A stretch of DNA of 64,000 nt from Tubiluchus corallicola (GCA_030141605.1 JAQGDQ010000608.1:65556-129555); one strand, 5' to 3'. Counted from the stretch's first letter, positions 44,901 to 59,714 are shown. Numbers and translations: made by a program. Notes: a model not told the origin generated them from the sequence alone.

Positions 44901-47900
44901 AGCACTAAATAGTAATACGACCATATCATTAGCACTAAATAGTAATATAACCATATCATTAGCACTAAATAGTAATACGACCATATCATTAGCACTAAAT
45001 AGTAATACGACCATATCATTAGCACTAAATAGTAATACAATCATATCATTAGCACTAAATAGTAATACGACCATATCATTAGCACTAAATAGTAATACGA
45101 CCATATCATTAGCACTAAAAACAACACAAAAAAACCCAACAACACAAAAAAACACCAACAACACAAAAAAACAACAACAACACAAAAAAACACCAAAAAC
45201 ACAAAAAAACACCAAAAACACAAAAAAACAACAACAACACAAAAAAACACCAACAACACAAAAAAACAACAACAACACAAAAAAACACCAAAATTAGCAC
45301 TAAATAGTAATACGACCATATCATTAGCACTAAATAGTAATACGACCATATCATTAGCACTAAATAGTAATACGACCATATCATTAGCACTAAATAGTAA
45401 TACGACCATATCATTAGCCTAAATAGTAATACGACCATATCATTAGCACTAAAAAAACACCAACAACACAAAAAAAAACCAACAACACAAAAAAACAACC
45501 AACCAACACAAAAAAAAACCAACAACACAAAAAAACAACCAACCAACACAAAAAAACCCCAACAAACAAAAAAACAACACAACACAAAAAAACAACAACC
45601 AACACAAAAAAACAACAACCAACACAAAAAAACAACAACACACAAAAAAACAACAACCAACACAAAAAAACAACAACACACTAGTAATACAATCATATCG
45701 TTAGCACTAAATAGTAATACAATCATATCAACACAAAAAAACAACAACTTAGCACTAAATAGTAATACAATCATATCGTTAGCACTAAATAGTAATACAA
45801 TCATATCGTTAGCACTAAATAGTAATACAATCATATCGTTAGCGCTAAATAGTAATACAATCATATCGTTAGCACTAAATAGTAATACAATCATATCATT
45901 AGCACTAAACTGTAATACCGCAATATCATTAACACCTAGCTTTAATGTTTTCTGAACAAATTTTCTGATCATAGATAGCTACGTGCAGTATATAAAATTC
46001 TGTGTATGATTCCTATGACAATAGCACATAATTTCAGCTGTTACTTCAGATTCGTCGGATGAAGACCACCTGCCCACATCGTGTGGCAGTGATTTCTGCA
46101 CCTGGAGGAAACATTTTGTGGAAGCCATGCATCTGAGAGAGAAGACAGATAACGAGAGGAAGGTATGAAAGTTAAAAGCTGCAATGAATATTGATTTTAC
46201 TTCATAAATGTAAGTTGATGTATGAATCTGAGAGATTTCGCCTTGACGACTTGGTGTCACGTACACGCTTACATATTATCTATAATACAACGTGCAAACT
46301 CGTTTATGTTTACAAACTAAACGTTATTTTTAGCCTTTAATGGTTTCATCTAAATCAGCAGTTCCTAACCTTTTACTACCCAAGTACCCTTTAGAAACTC
46401 AGCAACCTGCCACGTACCCTTAACATTTTTTAGCAATATGAGTTTCAAGAATGCGTTTTTACCACTATGATTTAACTATACAAATGTGATTTAATTATAC
46501 AAGCAAAACAGATAGGCGAAACATCAAGTTCGAGAGCAAAATGCAAGAAAAAGACGGTCGGATGTCAGATCAGAAGAGGACAGAAGAGGAACTTGCAGTC
46601 GAACTGTGAAGTAGCCTCAATGGCCGCCTTGTTGGGGCGGGCTTTTCTGAAAATCACCAACCTCGCCTAGCGCTAACGCATATGCTGTGCCAAACGTCTA
46701 TTTTACATATTAAATTAACCCCGTTGTAATGCCAGGTAGTGCACAGCGAATTACCCGAAAAATGCTATTTGTTGCAAAAACAACGACCTTTTAAAATGCA
46801 AACAATCGTGATGTTTAAGGATTTAAATCTTGTAATACTCTCTTTCCTCACACCATGAGGCCGTTACTCCCGTAAAATTCATACTCCGTACATGTAGTAC
46901 GCTGTACTGCAAAAAAGAACATTCTGACATGTTACACGACCCAACTTTCGCTAACCCTGGCTTAGCTGTAGCCTTAGCATTGTGTAAAGTGAGAAAATGC
47001 AAGGATTCCATTTATTTGTACTAAAACACCGCAGTTTAGTCAGTGGGTAACACGTATTTTGTTCTCGATTAATTGAATTACTGTTCAATCGCCGATTGTA
47101 TCGATTTAAACATGGCTGTAATCTCGGTTAATTCGATTAATCTATTAATCGCCCATCACTAGATATGAGTTTTGCAGAATTGAGTTACAAGCGTTTTTAG
47201 GTAACTTACTGCATTAAACTATTTCTAACTCATGCCCCGGGTTATTTAATCGCTGATCTAAATTACATAAGTTCAATTTCGATTTTTAGGCCTTGGCCGA
47301 GAAGCTTAACAACCTAAAGAGGGCCATTTCGAAAAAAGAGAACACGCTACAGTCCACTCGAATGATTCTCAAGTTTCGAGACAGCCGCATCGGTCAGTTG
47401 GAGAAAAAACTCAAGGACAGGGGAAACATGGACGCTGATAATCATATTGTAAGTAACAAATTTAAAGTAGTAGTGATGATTTCCGTTTTAGTTTTTTATC
47501 AAAAAAGATTTAAGCGAGGTCTTCATTTCTCTCTCAGTATTCATTAAAGCGATTAAAGAATATGTTATTTTGACCTACAGTTTAACATTGCATCCAACCG
47601 GTCACATAAAAGAATTATTACCACACAAACACAATTTCACGTTCGCGCCACTAGTTCTTTGCTGTTACATGCATTCGCCATTCGCTAGTTTGGCGAGCAC
47701 TAGCATCTGCAGTTCGGAAACGCATTGGAAAAAAGCAGGTGCTGCACCTTTCAGTTCAGTTGTGTTACTTTATGACGAACTTCACACTTTCGACAGCTCA
47801 GGTGAGCACAGTGGTGAATTTGAAATTTCACTTTTTATCTTAAAACATGCCTAGTTTCAGTGCAACACACTGAATATCTTACAGTAGCACTGCACTTTAA

Positions 47901-50900
47901 TTTTCGCTTTCACAAACACGTGCAACACGCCCGTGGAATATTTTTGCTCTTGAAAATTATGTTAGTTTGTGATGTAATGAATAGCTGGGCTCGCCCGCTA
48001 TTACGTTTTTAATTTATAATTCAATTATTAGAAACACTTTTGCGGTATTACCGGCGTTAGATCGTATACTTTCTTTCTGATTTGAAAATGGGGTAGTATA
48101 TGGAAAATCATACTGTCCTCCTTTGAAGCTGTTTTATGCCTGAAATTAGAGCACAAATGATTTCAGATTTACTTAGATTTATCAATTTTTACCTTGCATT
48201 TCACTTTTAACCGAGTTTTCGATTCGATGACACTTGAGATGAGAGAAAACTTTAACGTACATAGTGTATTGTGTGCGCTTGCATTAACGATGTCGAAGTT
48301 GGTGCATCTAGCCAATTAAGCAGCAGCGCAAAGTTATCGGAAAATCAATTTTTTTAAACGCAGCAGTAGTAGGCTGTTTTTTCAGTTTTGCATAGATTTT
48401 CACGAATCACGTGTTGGCGTGATATTTGCGTAATAATCGTTTGTGCGCTAACGAAAATGAAGAGCGTGTGAGATAGAATAGTAATATTCAAGTGGTTTAA
48501 CAACACTATCACGAGTTTACAACCCGCATGTATGCGAAAATCAATGGTACCCGCATTTCTGAAATATATGTAGTATATTAAAGGTCTATATAACCCCAAC
48601 AAACGCTGAAGTCTTTTTAACGCATTACTATGATTTCACAAAGAATTCATAGTTACTATTCAACAAAAGAGACTTATGAATTCAATAGCTTACCTTTTTC
48701 TGGCGAATTTCGAATGTGTGCATTGTCCGTAAAGATCATGCCATGTTTTGCGTTTTTGGCGCGAGTGAGCGAGAATGACGTACGAGGTACAGAAAGCATC
48801 TTTGGTTACCGACGTTTGTTTACTGATCTTTGCTGACTTCGTGACTGTACTCATAACGTCTTTCGTCTTGCTCAACAAAAAATTGACCAGACGCTTTATT
48901 CTTTTGGTAATGCATCCGCTCTCCATCTGGGAGGTCGTGAGTTCGATACAGCAGCCAGGTCATACCAGAGACTTGAAAAATGGTACCGCCTGTTGCCCTA
49001 CCTGGTGCGTGGTATTTCTGGTAAAAGTGGGGTAATACTAGTCTCTGTTATGTAGTTGTAGGTTGTTATTTACAGTCAGTGATAATAGCTCTTTGAGCTA
49101 ATGTTAATTGTTGATCCAAAAGCCGACTTTTAATAGAGATTATTATTGTTATTCAAATTTAATACCGCTAACAACGAAGTGATAAAAAATTCAAAACAAA
49201 CAAGTTTTACAGTAAGTTTATAATAAAATAAATTGAATTTTTGTAATGAGAGTAGGATTTTAAGTTGTAAAAGCTTATAGTGAGAGTTCGGGTTGATTTT
49301 AAGTAACTAATATGCATTTATGGTTAAGCCTCCTCAGCTAAGATATTTTATGAGGAATTGTTTTAATCTTTAATTCTTTTGACAGACGGCTTTGAAAGAG
49401 GAAGTGAAATTGCTAACATCTCAACTGGAGCAACATCCAATGTTGACAAAATATGCCATAGAAAACAACGAACTGAAACGCGAGATTGAAGAAATACAGA
49501 AGAGCACATCTTACCAACAGTCTGTTCTCTACGATTCAGCAAAAACCGAACAGCTTCTGAAACTTCTGAGGGACTTACTGGCATCAGATGAGAACGGTGA
49601 GTCGTTGTCCAGCTGAACGGTGAGTTGTTGTCCAGCTGAACGGTGAGTCGTTGTTGTCCAGCTGAACAGTGAGTTGTTGTCCAGCTGAACGGTGAGTTGT
49701 TGTCCAGCTGAACGATGAGTTGTTGTCCAGCTGAACTGTGAGTTGTTGTCCAGCTGAACAGTGAGTTGTTGTCCAGCTGAACGGTGAGTTGTTGTCCAGC
49801 TGAACTGTGAGTTGTTGTCCAGCTGAACGGTGAGTTGTTGTCCAGCTGAATGGTGAGTTGTTGTCCAGCTGAACTGTGAGTTGTTGTCCACCTGAACGGT
49901 GAGTTGTTGTCCAGCTGAACGGTGAGTTATTGTCCAGCTGAACTGTGAGTTGTTGTCCAGCTGAATGGTGAGTTGTTGTCCAGCTGAACGGTGAGTTACT
50001 GTCCAGCTGAACTGTGAGTTGTTGTCCAGCTGAACTGTGAGTTGTTGTCCAGCTGAACTGTGAGTTGTTGTCCAGCTGAACGGTGAGTTGTTGTCCAGCT
50101 GAACGGTGAGTTGTTGTCCAGCTGAACGGTGAGTTGTTGTCCAGCTGAACTGTGAGTTGTTGTCTCGCTGAACGGTGAGTTGTTGTCCAGCTGTTTCAGT
50201 TTGCCCGTAAACATTTGGCACAGGGCAAACAGAACTTTGCAGACCAGTAAAACATCTAATGCCACGAGTTTGCCCAAGTTAACATTTCGACTTCATAAAT
50301 CAGTTTTAAAAGCCTTGTTTGAAAACGTTTGTGAATTCAGACCCAATCGAATTAAATTCACATCGTTTTATTGTCGTGATGTATTATTATTTTCGTACGT
50401 TAGTTTTTTTCTGGACTTACCCATTACAGGTAATCTTCGACTTACCACCTGTGTGACTCATGACTATTCGTCTTTACGACCTTAATTAAGTAATTAATTA
50501 ATTATACAAAACCAAATATAACTCATATTTATTTCTATTTCTTTAAACAAGTAAACTTTAAATCACTATATGTGTCGATAAATTCATCGTAGGTGTCACC
50601 ATACATAGTGGCTGTACACACATAACATCTTGCGTGTGTGCACGTCAGATGTTGTTGTTGTTGGCATCCTTCTGTCTCGGAAGACAATGGAGTGTGCACC
50701 AAGAGAGTCAGTTATTGATCACATTGATGGAGCTCCAGCGTCGACTGTGGTTGAGCAGTCCGATCCTTGAACCACTGGAGTGGCCTCTCCAGGGCGCACG
50801 CCTGGGCAAGGTGTATGGAGATCCTGATTTGCCCAGACAACAGGAACCCCTTCTCTTCCTCCCTGGTGTAGTCTATAGGAAAACAGAGCGATACGTTTGG

Positions 50901-53900
50901 CACCAGGTTGGCTGCAGGAGCTGCCGGAGTCAGTGAGCATGCTGCACTGGTCTGCCTTTGGGGCTCCACTCCTGATTTGGAAGGTTTACTCCTCTACACA
51001 TGGCCGTTGGGTCAGTTGACCTCCTGCTCCCTCTAGCCGTTGGCTGCTTGTGCAGCTCCTCCGCGTTGTGTGTGCCAGTGAGATACAGTGTGGGCCAGAT
51101 GTATTCTGTAGCTAACAGCACAGCGTATTCCCATGCACGACCGACAAACCTGGCACTACATTGTTCACTTAGATGAAGTACTTGAGACCACACTGAACTG
51201 AACTTAACTAACCTGCTAGTAGCTTGTGCTGTAGTTTCATTTGTTAATGACTCAGGCCTGTTGTGTTATTGTGTGGTCTCTTGTATCGGTTCTCCTACAC
51301 AGTCATTTTGTAGTACATCGCGTTGGTAGAAGTACACTGAACTGCGGGTTTAGACTTCAAATTTGTTTATTTTATGATAAATAGCTTTTCTCATTTGACT
51401 CTTCCAACCATAAGACTTTGATAAGAGATATGAACGGTAAGAGATAACCTTTTCCAATTAGCCGAATCTTGAAGCACCACAGACAGAGTGCATGAAAGAC
51501 ATAGTGTTTACAGAGTGACTGCCCAAAACTTACTATTTCTGTGTCAGCTTTTTCATTACCTTTTCAACAACAAAACACTTCACTGAATCAGGAAGCTTTT
51601 TTAACTAGGTGACATTCATGAAGTAACACTTGGTACAAGCATTTACTAAGTCAATGTCCCAGTAGTGATGGTTTGTACAAAACAAGAAGCAGGAAATACT
51701 TCAGAAAAAAACAGAGAAATCAGTAACCCTATAACAGTTGAATTACAATCGTTTTAGAAACTAATCAGCTTTTTAGCATTTTCACGGTATTATGAATAAA
51801 TTTATGCCTGCTCCATGTAAACACCATTAAAAGTTGTGAGGATTTTTCCTGAATTTCAAGCACCAGGTGGCAGTAGTATAAGGCAGGTAAAACGTGTGAG
51901 CGTAGCACTGACGTAGCAAAGCTTAATGTGTGAATTGAGGCGCTAATTTTGGTATTGTGTTTGCCAAATATTTGTATTTTTTCTTTGTCTTAGTGCTACA
52001 TGTATTTCATCTTTGAGCCAACTATATGATGCAAGTAATTAAGAAAATTACACCACTCCTTTTTTGAACTTCTAAATTTGCAATCACACGTCAGAAAACG
52101 TGCTGTAATACTTTAGCTATTTTTACTATTTAATTAGCTAAGTATTTTGCATTTTCATTACCTTTTCAACAACAAAACACTTCACTGAATCAGGAAGCTT
52201 TTTTAACTAGGTGACATTCATGAAGTAACACTTGGTACAAGCATTTACTAAGTCAATGTCCCAGTAGTGATGGTTTGTACAAAACAAGAAACAGGAAATA
52301 CTTCAGAAAAAAACAGAGAAATCAGTAACCCTATAACAGTTGAATTACAATCGTTTTAGAAACTAATCAGCTTTTTAGCATTTTCACGGTATTATGAATA
52401 AATTTATGCCTGCTCCATGTAAACACCATTAAAAGTTGTGAGGATCTTTCCTGAATTTCAAGCACCAGGTGGCAGTAGTATAAGGCAGGTAAAACGTGTG
52501 AGCGTAGCACTGACGTAGCAAAGCTTAATGTGTGAATTGAGGCGCTAATTTTGGTATTGTGTTTGCCAAATATTTGTATTTTTTCTTTGTCTTAGTGCTA
52601 CATGTATTTCATCTTTGAGCCAACTGTATGCTGCTATGATGCAAGTAATTAAGAAAATTACACCACTCCTTTTTTGAACTTCTAAATTTGCAATCACACG
52701 TCAGAAAACGTGCTGTAATACTTTAGCTATTTTTACTATTTAATTAGCTAAGTATTTTGCATTTGAGTATTTTTTGCTACATTTGAATATTTTGTTTCGA
52801 CTTATTAGACTCAAACTTTAAGTATGCTTTTCTTAATTTGCAGATTAAATGGTAATACTACAAAAAAGTAGTTACAAAAGTTGTTGGTAGGCCATATACT
52901 AAAAACGAATCAAATGACATCATAGGGCACTCATAAAGCATAAGCTTACTAGGTCTAAACAAGAATGATGAGTAATTTGTCAGAGTCTCATAGTCACAAT
53001 AAAATCAAAATGTTACTGTTTTATGTAAAAGGATGCAGTACTGAGATGCTTCGTATTCGCAAAAATGCTAAGATGCATCTGGGAGGCGGCATGCTAATGT
53101 ATATGGGAGCCAATGTGCTAAATGAATAGTTTCGTTTGTCGCTAATTTTGCATCTGTTTTCATCCTACTAGGTGATGGATTACCACAGCATCTCTGTGGA
53201 AGACCTAATATGGACAAAACTTTAGAGCAGTACAAAACGCGAGTAACAGAATTGCAATCAGAGATACACGAAGTAAGTAGAATACATACGTAAGTATAAA
53301 TAAAATACAATATAAAACACAATACAAAATTTATTTCATTTTTCACTATGAAAATGTTTCTGGGGTTAGTCACTTGCAAAATAACTCTATGAAGCGGTCT
53401 GTTTCGCTGTGACTCCAGTTGCATTCTCGTTCTCGTTGTTCATATAATAAGTTTCTAACCAGTGTTTATATTGCGGTTTACTCTGTACTCTAAATTTTTA
53501 GGAAGAAACGTAAAAATCTGTTTTTTCGTAATTTATAATTAGAGTATTTTTTGCTTGTTTAGCTGAAAGCAAAACTGAGCAGTCAAACAGAAGAAGGCGA
53601 AAAAAAGAAAGTCGATTTTGAATCAGAACTCCTGTCATATAAAAATACAATCGAAGAATACAAAAGGATGCTAGAATCCAACAGGATTAAGCATCGAATC
53701 GAGTGCTCAACGATGAACACAATCTACCGTAACACGATAAAGGTAAGTGCTCGACATTGGACACAATCTACCGTAACACGATAAAGGTAAGTGCTCGACC
53801 ATGAACACAATCTACCGTAACACGATAAAGGTAAGTGCTCGACCATGAACACAATCTACCGTAACACGATAAAGGTAAGTGCTCGACCATGAACACAATC

Positions 53901-56900
53901 TACCGTAACACGATAAAGGTAAGTGCTCGACCATGAACACAATCTACCGTAACACGATAAAGGTAAGTGCTCGACCATGAACACAATCTACCGTAACACG
54001 ATAATGGTAAGTGCTCGACCATGAACACAATCTACCGTAACACGATAAAGGTAAGTGCTCGACCATGAACACAATCTACCGTAACACGATAAAGGTAAGT
54101 GCTCGACCATGAACACAATCTACCGTAACACGATAAAGGTAAGTGCTCGACCATGAACACAATCTACCGTAACACGATAATGGTAAGTGCTCAACGATGA
54201 ACACAATCTACCGTAACACGATAAAGGTAAGTGCTCGACAATGAACACAATCTACCGTAACACGATAAAGGTAAGTGCTCGACCATGAACACAATCTACC
54301 GTAACACGATAAAGGTAAGTGTTCGACCATGAACACAATCTACCGTAACACGATAAAGGTAAGTGTTCGACCATGAACACAATCTACCGTAACACAATAA
54401 AGGTAAGAGCTCGACAATGAACACAATCTACCGTAACACGATAAAGGTAAGTGCTCGACCATGAACACAATCTACCGTAACACGATAAAGGTAAGTGTTC
54501 GACCATGAACACAATCTACCGTAACACAATAAAGGTAAGCGCTCGACAATGAACACAATCTACCGTAACACAATAAAGGTAAGTGCTCGACCATGAACAC
54601 AATCTACCGTAACACGATAAAGGTAAGTGCTCGACAATGAACACAATCTACCGTAACACGATAAAGGTAAGTGCTCGACCATGAACACAATCTACCGTAA
54701 CACAATAAAGGTAAGTGCTCGACCATGAACACAATCTACCGTAACACGATAAAGGTAAGTGCTCGACAATGAACACAATCTACCGTAACACAATAAAGGT
54801 AAGCGCTCGACAATGGACACAATCTACCGTAACACAATAAAAGTGAGCGCTCGACAATGAACACAATCTACCGTAACACAATAAAGGTAAGCGCTCGGCA
54901 ATGAACACAATCTACCGTAACACGATAAAGGTAAGTGCTCGACATTGGACACAATCTACCGTAACACGATAAAGGTAAGTGCTCGACAATGAATACAATC
55001 TACCGTAACACGATAAAGGTAAGCGCTCAACGATGAAGACAATCTACCGTAACACAAAGGTAAGCGCTCGACAATGAACACAATCTACCGTAACACAATA
55101 AAGGTAAGCTCTCGACAATGAACACAATCTACCGTAACACTATGAAGGTAAGCGCTCGACAATGAACACAATCTACCGTAACACGATAAAGGTAAGTGCT
55201 CGACCATGAACACAATCTACCGTAACACGATAAAGGTAAGCGCTCGACAATGAACACAATCTACCGTAACACGATAAAGGTAAGCGCTCGACAATGAGCA
55301 CAATCTACCGTAACACAATAAAGGTAAGCGCTCGACGATGAACACAATCTACCGTAACACGATAAAGGTGAGCGCTCGACAATGGACACAATCTACCGTA
55401 ACACGATAAAGGTAAGCGCTCGACGATGAACACAATCTACCGTAACACGATAAAGGTAAGCGCTCAACGATGAACACAATCTACCGTAACACGATAAAGG
55501 TAAGCGCTCAACGATGAACACAATCTACAACAGTCTTTCCCTGTTGCATTTCGCCGTGCGTTAGTTAGATGGTCACTAGCGCTTGCATTTCGCAAACATG
55601 TTGCATGAGGAATATGTGCTGTACCTGTCAGTTCAGACCTGTTCGTTTGTAACATAATACACACATTCGAGAGCTCAGGCGTGAGCACAGCGGTAAATTT
55701 AAAATTTCGATTTTTATCTTAAAATTAGCCGAGTTTTTGTATATTACACTGGATATTGTACAGTAGTACTGTAGCTTAATTTTCGCTTTTGCAAACACGT
55801 GCAACGCACTCATGGAGTATTTGTGTTGTTGAAAATTGTGTTAATTTGTGACGTCATGACTAACTGGGTTCGCCAGGCGTTAGTTAAATATAACTATCAT
55901 AAATGCTTTGACATTATTATATGTGTTAAAAATGTGTACAAAATTGGGTAGGATATGAAAAATTGTTCTGTTTTGCTTTAAAACTGTTGTATACGGATCA
56001 CGCATTACCCGTACATGAAGTCATACCCATACCTTTTTAACTCACAATCTTGCAGATCTGTGAAACGTTAAACTTTTGATTTCAGGTAATGACCACGCCC
56101 ACAAAACCACCGGGAGTGCGAGACTGCATTTCCGCTTTGCCCGGATCCTCGCCTTCCACGCCGATCCGGTTCAGTCTGGGTCGAGAGAGTTTAGATAACG
56201 AAGCTTGGATCATGGATCAGCAGCTTCCGCCAGAAATGGGCGATGCGTTGGTTGATGAAGTAAAAAAACTTCAGGTAAAAGATTTCCAGACTCGTGCGAC
56301 TTGTTTTTAAAGCGCAGTCGGTTGGATATTTTTGTGTTTTTGTTCCGTAAACAATTGAAATTTTACATTTGCAGGATTTAAACAACCAACTTCAGGAACA
56401 GATGCAGGAACAGGAGGCAACGATGGTGACCTTGAAACAGGAAAATACTAAACTTTCTAGTCAGGTGTCGCAGCTGGAACAGGTATCAGTCAGTGAATTT
56501 AGAGCTTCGTAAAAATTATGTAAAGAAAGCCAAAAAAGTTTTTGTTTTATGTGAAATTTTTGTAATGCAAAATCTGTTTTGGTTGTTGCCTGGCAACAGC
56601 TTTTGGTAAAGCAGTAAAGCAGTGCATTCTGATTTTGCTAGTAATCTTAATGTTTGAACGCAGTTGCTGCATGATGATAGGACAAAGTGGTGGTCTAGAG
56701 AGAGTGAACTGCAAGAGCAACTCAAGTCTACGACTACAGACCGTGACGCGCTGCAAGTTAACGTTAAAGGTATTTTGAATTAAGAATATATACATTAATA
56801 TACTATATTATATACATTAGGAATTATTTTATCACTTACTTGTAACCTTGCTTGTCAAATTGCAGTTCTTTTTGTGCAAGCTTACCACATCTAGTTAACC

Positions 56901-59714
56901 TACCTGCAAATCTCGTGTCTTTTTAACAATAGTTTACAAATGATATGTGTGAAAGTCATGTTTGAGGTTGTAGTTGAACACTTTGTAGTAAAAGAATAAA
57001 ACACTAAACTTCATATCTGCACAAAACTGAAAAGCGTTTCTTAGATTACATACACATATGAACACTGAGAACAAGAGTGACCTGTACTGGTCACTGAGAG
57101 TTAGACAGTAGCACGACTGCTGCACTGCACTGAGATTCAGACAGTAAGTAACACGAGTATCACGACTGCTGCACTGCACTGAGAGTGAGACAGTGACTAG
57201 AAAGTAAAATCCAGTCAGTATATATAGGTATAGGTATTATGCAAACTTGGCTTCACAAAAACCATTACTGTAAAATAGGGAGAGATCCAGTGAATATGCA
57301 TATTCACTGGATCGTACAATTATACTAGGGGTGAGTTTAGCTAGTAAAATGTAAAAGGATTAGTCAATAGATGGCAGCACCTAAAATATACAGTTACAAT
57401 TTCCACAATATGAAACAAATGATTTTTTGGTATTATTCAGCTTTGCAAGACGAGGTGGGAGATTTGAAGATTCTTCTGAATTCTGCCGACAAGGAATTGT
57501 CAAGTTGCAAGACGACGCAATCCCAGAAAAGCGAAGAAACCGACAAGATTTTAGCTGAAATGGACGGAAAGGTAGCAGACATTTTATACCTCTTCTCCCG
57601 ATAAAGTTGAAAAAAGTGGCATTTTTGAACAGATTGTTTTATGACGTTTAATAATTTATGGTGTAAATCAAGGTGCATTTCTTATGCACCTGCTAAGTCA
57701 GTAAAATATGTGATTTTGTCTTTTTTAAATTTATTTACATCCTTCGTAGACATTTTAATCTAGGACTCCATGTACATGTAATGTGTACTGAGTGATTTGT
57801 GATCCATAATGCGCAATGTGTATTGACTGTTTCCATGTGTCCATAACCGCTACATGTATTAACAAAGCTAACGGTGCTGCTTTTTCACATTTTTGGTCCG
57901 CTATTCATGAAAATTGCAAGCAATAATTTTTGGAAACCATGTCTCTCTCGAAATTCAAGTGTGATAATTACAGCTGCGGCATTAGCTTATTATTGTGCTA
58001 TTAGACGGAAAAGAAAATACAGGTTTTGGGTGCACAGCATTTTGTAGGGGAGAGAACAATATGGCAGCTATCATCATTTAGTGAAAGAACTGCAGTTAGA
58101 TGGAACTACATGCTTCTTCCACCTCTCAAAAACTCAAACCGAAAAAAAATTCTTGTTTGTGGGTCCTAAAGTGAGCAAAATTCACCTAACTAGAATTTTC
58201 AGAAAGCTAAACATCGAAAATGGTCACCAAAAAGTTGAAAACTCGCTATAATCACCTAGGCAACAGCGGTTTCCCGCCTGCGTATTGCTACGTGTGATGC
58301 GTATTCGGACGATAGCGGTCACGTTCAAATGGATACAGATCGTGCATCATGCGTATGCGTATACATGGAAATACTTCTACAAGTTTAAATACAAGCTGTT
58401 GTGTACGCATTACGGATCACACATTACGTATACATGGAAACACTTCTACAAGTTTAAATACAAGCTGTTGTGTACGCGTTACGGATCACACATTACGTAT
58501 ACATGGAAATACTTCTACAAGTTTAAATACAAGCTGTTGTGTACGCGTTACGGATCACACATTACGTATACATGGAAATACTTCTACAAGTTTAAATACA
58601 AGCTGTTGTGTACGCATTACGGATCACACATTACGTATACATGGAAATACTTCTACAAGTTTAAATACAAGCTGTTGTGTACGCGTTACGGATCACACAT
58701 TACGTATACATGGAAATACTTCTACAAGTTTAAATACAAGCTGTTGTGTACGCGTTACGGATCACACATTACGTACACATGGAAATACTTCTACAAGTTT
58801 AAATACAAGCTGTTGTGTACGCATTACGGATCACACATTACGTATACATGGAAATACTTCTACAAGTTTAAATACAAGCTGTTGTGTACGCGTTACGGAT
58901 CACACATTACGTATACATGGAAATACTTCTACAAGTTTAAATACAAGCTGTTGTGTACGCGTTACGGATCACACATTACGTATACATGGAAATACTTCTA
59001 CAAGTTTAAATACAAGCTGTTGTGTACGCGTTACGCATCATACATTACGTACACATGGAAATACTTCTACAAGTTTAAATACAAGCTGTTGTGTACACGT
59101 TACGGATCACGCATTACGTACACATGGAGTCATACTTTTAGTGTGAATTTTTTTACCAATTATTATAATTATGATGCAATACAGTTTTTACACTCTTATC
59201 TTGTCTTTTGAAGCTTCTGTCACTTAATGTTGAACTGGAATCAGCGCGAAGAGAAAAAGAGACAGTTGAAGCAAAGAATACGATCTTGACTGTAAGTGTG
59301 AAACGATCATTTGATTTCAACATTAACTATGATGTTGTAAGAAACGTTAGCATCTTTGAAAGAATAAACATAATTAAATTAACTATTACTGCTCCACTAT
59401 TCAACTATCATCATTACAAGATTTAAAAAAAAACCTTAAAGCATAGCTTTTTAGGTAGTATTATGAATTTTTTAATTTTACAATGACTTTTAAAGTCTTG
59501 TAAGATTAGTGCTGTTTACAATTAATGTAATTTTATCATTTTGGTCATTTTAATTATTATTATTATTACTATTATTATTATTATTATTATTACTAATATT
59601 ATTATTATTATCATCATCATCATCATTATTATTATTACTATTATTATTATTATTATTATTACTAATATTATTATTATTATCATCATCATCATTATTATTA
59701 TTATTACTATTATT

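Noticed and set aside
44190-45972. Hydrophobic Cys/Phe/Val-rich ORFs resembling membrane proteins
   Set aside because: They arise from the 30-bp satellite and its A/C-only stretches, which are probably artefactual.
53702-55528. CRISPR array
   Set aside because: Head-to-tail units without spacers, derived from a KIF15 exon end, in a eukaryotic context.
58285-59211. 308-aa and 265-aa repetitive ORFs
   Set aside because: Translations of the 69-bp array inside a KIF15 intron; no splice or homology support.
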